Both the position numbers and the translations under genes were made by a program. Shown piece by piece: positions 58,793 to 64,000 of a stretch of 64,000 nucleotides of DNA. Where the stretch lies: NCBI GenBank assembly GCA_052426225.1, contig JBNJNM010000006.1, forward strand, positions 1,302,001 through 1,366,000, in the 5' to 3' direction. The DNA comes from Zancudomyces culisetae HAW-14-8. Its lineage: Eukaryota > Fungi > Kickxellomycota. Each line of letters starts with the position of its first letter. Position 1 is the first letter of the stretch. The notes beneath the pieces are model-generated. The model did no database searches. It saw only the letters and a list, made by a program, of their open reading frames with translations, and was not told the origin of the DNA.

Positions 58793-61700
58793 CTTTTTTT
58801 TTTCATTGACTCGTTTATTTAATTTACATATTTGAATGTCTATGAAATTTTTTTTTTGCCCAATTTTAGAACCAAGGTTCTGTTATTCCATTTTATTTAC
58901 TGCAAAAGTGTTTTTTTATTATACTTTTTTCCCTTTTACTTTTGTGCTCTCTATAATCTCTCACTTTTCAAATTTGTTTTTTTTTTTTGTATTTCAAAGG
59001 AGCTGAATTTTTATTTTTACTTTTATTTTTGATTTTCCTTATACCTTTTACCTTCTACCTTCTACCTTTTACCTTTTACATGTGCGAATGGCCAGTTTAT
59101 TATATTGAGCCAGAAATAAAAATTTTTCACTTTTTTTATTTTAACGATCTTTACATACCGCCCGTTATCTCGTTACTTTTCTTTATGCCTAATGGTTAGT
59201 TTTCCTGCATTATTATTTGATCATAATTATCTATATTCACATTTTGTGTTCTTGTATTATAAATGCCTCATCATTTATTAACAAAGCATGAAACAATTTT
59301 AGGTCATGATTAAATTGCTTTTATATTCTCCTACTCACTTTTACTTTTTAATCCAATCTCTCATCTCTTCCACCCCCAATTCTCACCTCAACCTCCAACT
59401 TCCACATCCCCCTTTTCTTTTCTCCTTTCATCTTTTCATCTTTTCATCTTTTCATCTTTTCATCTTTTCTCATTTTCATTTTCCGTGTTTTTTACCTTCT
59501 TGGTCTCGCATCTTTTGGTAGGGAAATCTAATGTTTTTATTTTCAAAATTTTTTTTTTCGCTGCACTTTCTTTACAACCCAATTTTTTTAAATAATATTC
59601 ACGAATGGTATCATTTACAAGTCATCTAAATTAATTTTTTGTTCACCAAAATGCACTATCTTGATGAATTAAAAGATGTTGTGTAATTCTGCATAATTAT
59701 TATGATGCCTTTATTTACTTTTTTTTTGCCCCATATAAATGTTTATTATACAATAAGTGAATTGTAACACTAATCGAGCAAATGGTTAGCAATTACTGAA
59801 TTATCTCGAAATAAAGCTTCAACCCGCTCCTCCGCCATCTTTAGCGAATTCCTTAAAATCCTCCCTTTTATTATTACTCTTTTTGATATTTAAATTCTGC
59901 AATTTCTTTGTCATTTAGTGTGTATTTTTTTCCTACTATTACATTACATAGATATACCACATACTCCGCCAATAGCTTGTCGTTCAATTCCAACTCTTCA
60001 TCAATATTCCAACCGTACCAACTTTTTAATGCGTGGTGATTACATTTACTCCAGCAAAACCTTGTTGCATTTTACTTCCTTTTTCCCGGAACGACTTTTA
60101 CTTTGTGACCTTGGTAAAATTTTACAGTGTTTTTTCTTTCTTTGAATCAATATTTCCTTATAAGTTTGTATCTTCGGAGGAATTGAAAAATTATTCTCTC
60201 AAAATTACCACGAGTCAAGTGATCTATTTCAAGATCCCAACCATTTATTAATTTTCCCAATACTCTTCAATTTTAATAAATGATTATAAATAGTTTTATT
60301 CGTTTTTTATTCTTGGTTTTTTTTATTTGTAACCAATATCCAGGATTTAAAATGTTTCAAATTACAAATTTAGTATAAATTCAATCAATATAAAAAGTAT
60401 AGTATAAATGTTATTGAAAAGGTGTGATAGTGGGATAGGATAAGATAAGGGAATGGAGTTGAATGGAATGGATACAAAATGCAAAAACCAACTTTGTATG
60501 TATAACAGTTATAAAAAAAATTTTTATAAAAAAAAAACATATAAATACTTGGTTGTCTGATATTATTTCTTTATACAAAAAATCGGATTTCGGCTTTAAC
60601 AATACTTGTTTTTTCCATTTAGTATGACATCACCTCAAAATATATATAAAAAAGGCTTGAATTATTTCTCATTTGACACCTAATCCTAGTACATGTAAGC
60701 TGTTGAATTTTTCTAACTACTCCTCTTCCCCCTTTGCTTGACAATTCAGCACATCTTAACACTTTTCACATATTTTCACATTTCTCCATGTTGTTTTAGT
60801 CAAGAGCTTTGTAATAACTTTATCACCTAACATTTTAAAAACACATAAAAACAGCATACATAAACCATGTATATGATTATTCACCAAACCATTCAGGTTA
60901 ATAACAAAACCTCTAAATCACAGCAATTTAGCCCCCCTACATGATTTGTATTTTTGCATGTTCTTTTTCTTTTCTTTTAGAAATATCTCTAGCCACATTG
61001 AACCATAAAAAATGGATTACCAACAATATTATTTTCCACTATTGCCATTAAAAAGTATTTATCTGTTAAAAATTCCAAACCTTTTATTTAACTTTTGATA
61101 TTGCAAATTAATAATATCAATAACTAATTTGTGACAATGGGGGCAGGAGACACGCAATAAATGCAATTCCCGATTCCTTGAACTGTGAATGACTTTTCTT
61201 CATTTTCCAATCTGCTTTTCAACTCCTTTTCTTACGCCTTCCTCCTCCCCCCTTTCCCCAAAAAAAATATTGCTTTTATGTGTTTGTATTTTGTTTGTCT
61301 GATCGTCTGTTTGTTTGCATATATGTTTATAATTTGGTATTAGTCAGCAGTTTATAATAACTAGGGGTTATCTTTTCATGACTTTTAGAAAAGCCGGAAT
61401 ACAAACTAATCATGCAAACATAGCCCAATAGAAAAAATATATGAATATGAATTGTTTTATTATAAAATAACATTATACATAAAAGAAATGAGGAGAGCGA
61501 GGATAGAGAGGCCCAACGCATTGCTTTGCAGATGCATATCCCATCATTCTAATACTAAAACCATCATAGTTTGTAGTCGGTAGTAAATATTTAGATCAAG
61601 ACCAAACCTTATTTTTGTATTAAATTCTTACCATGCTGCATTTTTTTTATATATGTATGGTCTAATGCATTTCCTTTAGCATACTTTGCCTCAAATAAAC

Positions 61701-62116
61701 AAAAGTGTACCACCCTTTTCATCTTTCCATCTTTTTACTTATTTGTTTGTTTCTTTGTTTGTTTTTTTTGTTTTAAAAATATACATGATACTCTATACTT
61801 GTGTAATTAATAGCATATATTAACATTTCGAAGCATAAAAAAAAGCTGTAGAGTGATCATTATGATGCGGAAAACGTGTTTTACACTCAAGTAAAATAGT
61901 ATAGTAAAAATACGCATACATACACACACATATACACACACAAAAGGTATAAAAGCCCATCAGTTTCCCCATGTCTTTCACTTCACTCAACCCTTCTGTT
62001 ATATATCTGATTAAGAAGTTTTACTTTCCTTCGTTAAACGCTTAAAATTTGTGATTAATACCTATACATCTTATAACCCAGTGTTGTATTTAAAAAGAAA
62101 AAAAAAGTTTAAAATA

Positions 62117-62641
62117 ATGTTTGTAAAGAGATTGGCAATCGTTTCCTGTGTCCTACTTTTTGCTTCAACAATCAGTGGTCAAGAAACACCAATGCCAGAT
62201 TCGGTACAAGAGCCAATGTCAGAACCAATGTCAGAGCAAGCTTCAGTTGCTACAGAAGCTCCAGGCTCCGTTGGTGATGAATACCCAGGAAATGTGTATG
62301 ATAAACATGAATCCGAAGGAAATTCTCAAACTTTTGAACTTGGTAGTGCGCTTTCCAAAGTCAACAAGTCGGTGGGTGACAGATACACGATTGTTAGATT
62401 TGACAACAGCCATCTGATGACCCATTTTGGCCCCAGTGGGATTAAAACCATGGAGGAAAAGTCAATGGACGTGTTGGAAATTGAGCTGAATAAGCCAATG
62501 GAGCAGGAGACCCCAGCTGAAGTTGAGGGTAGTGAGGCGGAGGTAGCAGAGCAGAGCAGTGAAACTGTAGAACATGAACAACAGGGATATGGGCAGGAAA
62601 ATGCGACATCACAGGAGTTTGAATTGACAGAATCTATGTAA
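62117..62641 (+). CDS. Small secreted acidic protein, unknown function
   Basis: ATG 62117 gives signal peptide MFVKRLAIVSCVLLFASTISG; Glu-rich body; TATAAAA at ~61948. Confidence 0.75.
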   Translation: MFVKRLAIVSCVLLFASTISGQETPMPDSVQEPMSEPMSEQASVATEAPGSVGDEYPGNVYDKHESEGNSQTFELGSALSKVNKSVGDRYTIVRFDNSHLMTHFGPSGIKTMEEKSMDVLEIELNKPMEQETPAEVEGSEAEVAEQSSETVEHEQQGYGQENATSQEFELTESM

Positions 62642-63356
62642 ACCCGAAGCACAACCCGAGACCTTATGTGGCTTGTCATTTTTGATGATGTTTAGGTTCT
62701 ATTTCCTTATTTTGTAGAACTAATTTTATTTTTTAAAATCTTCGAGTTTGCGAATTAATGGCAACGCCTGCCACCTTTGTCTAATAAAAAACCAAAATAA
62801 CCAAAAAGTTAAAGGAATGGCTATACTTGTAAATACACACAAAGTGGTAAATCTGGCGATACACATATCCTATGCACTCGTTTATCGTTTTGGTTAAAAA
62901 ATGTAACTTAAGTTTGATATTTTTCCGCAAGTAATAAATTTATCAGTGGTATTCTTGATGAATTAAAAATGATCAGTATTTCTAGATTTTTAACCTGTGT
63001 AAAAGCTGAATATGAAAAGTAGATAAAATCAATAATATAATAAGAATCGTTTGATTGGCATTTAAATTAGAACCACCAACATATTTATAAAGGATAAACC
63101 CCCAAGGATAAGAAATGAATCCGATTTAAAGATAACAAAGGCCATATAAAGTAACCAAAATTTTGAAAAAGGAACAGTATATTTAACGAATATACCTGTT
63201 CATTCTCAAAATCCAATATCCTGACGTTGAAAACGCAAAAAAAAACAACAGTACAATATAATAATAGTAGAGCGAAAAAACTCGGTAGCTTAGTGACGGA
63301 GTAAAGGGAGTAGGTAGAATTGAAAAAAGTGGAGTTGCGGTACGAAAACGAAAGGG

Positions 63357-64000
63357 ATGGAACAAAGCCAACAAACGCAGGCTACCCAATTGGACGCAGA
63401 TACTCAAAATTATTGGCCCCTTGGGTATTTTGAAGGTCAAGATAGTATTCGACTCGAGGGGGTACAAAATGATGGCGATTTTGAAATGAAATATGGAGGG
63501 ATTGAGGGTAGACTAGTACGGGAATACAGACGAAAAACAGAGAATGCCGAGCTATTAAATCTACCCATGTACAAAAACATTCTTGAATCAATGGGTAAGC
63601 CCAAAGACAGCGAGTGTTAAAAAAATATCATTGTGTTTGTATATGATGATTACCAAAGAAAAAATAACTACAAGAGAAGGTTTACTTTATGTTTTTATGT
63701 AAACAAATAGAGGGATATCTACTTGGTAGCGGAGAACAATGTCATTTGCGACTGGAAGAGAGTGGAGGGAATAAAATACAGTGTACTATAAAAATGCAGC
63801 ACGAGAAGATTATGGATAAAAAGGAAATTTCAATGTTTGTGATATACAATGAATGTTGCAAAGCTCTTTTAGTCAATGGAGTGAAAATAGAACCCAATGA
63901 AAGGCGGTATATATTTGACAAAGATAAACTGAAAATAGGAGATATGGAATATAATGTGGAAATAATAAGCCAGCGAAGCTTATCAACTGAGGGCGAGCAG
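63357..64000 (+). CDS. 5' part of an SQ/TQ + FHA-like protein (Chk2/Rad53/Cds1-like); exons 63357-63594 and 63711->64000
   Basis: N-terminus MEQSQQTQATQLDADTQ. A GTAAGC...AATAG intron leads in frame to EGYLLGSGEQCHLRL...LLVNGVKI...DKDKLKIG, open to the edge. No kinase domain lies within the window. Confidence 0.6.

Overview
AT-rich eukaryotic (fungal) genomic DNA: it has spliceosomal introns, a Zn2Cys6 factor, HEM1, PIM1/Lon, ERG10 and CWC27. An early-diverging lineage such as Harpellales is plausible, but that is inference only. The first ~11 kb is built around a small tRNA island: a tRNA-Thr(AGT)/tRNA-Thr(TGT) tandem on + and a convergent tRNA-Gln(TTG) on -. Each outward-facing tRNA 5' flank has an LTR junction exactly 7 bp upstream of the mature tRNA, followed by an end-to-end stack of LTR-like units (TG...CA, mostly 3-5 bp spacers) from several families that decay with distance. 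On the Thr side the nearest unit is an intact Ty3/Gypsy element (2370-7450) whose 20-nt primer-binding site is complementary to the very tRNA-Thr(AGT) it sits next to. The spacer GACA recurs between the older units, as expected if one site were hit repeatedly, which would make the stack a time-ordered insertion record. The rest of the window holds housekeeping genes, a divergent P450, a Chk2/Rad53-like gene start, and five secreted low-complexity orphan proteins. Two of those share a homologous signal+propeptide (LKRR) leader fused to unrelated repeat cargo. All calls were made by eye; no searches were run.
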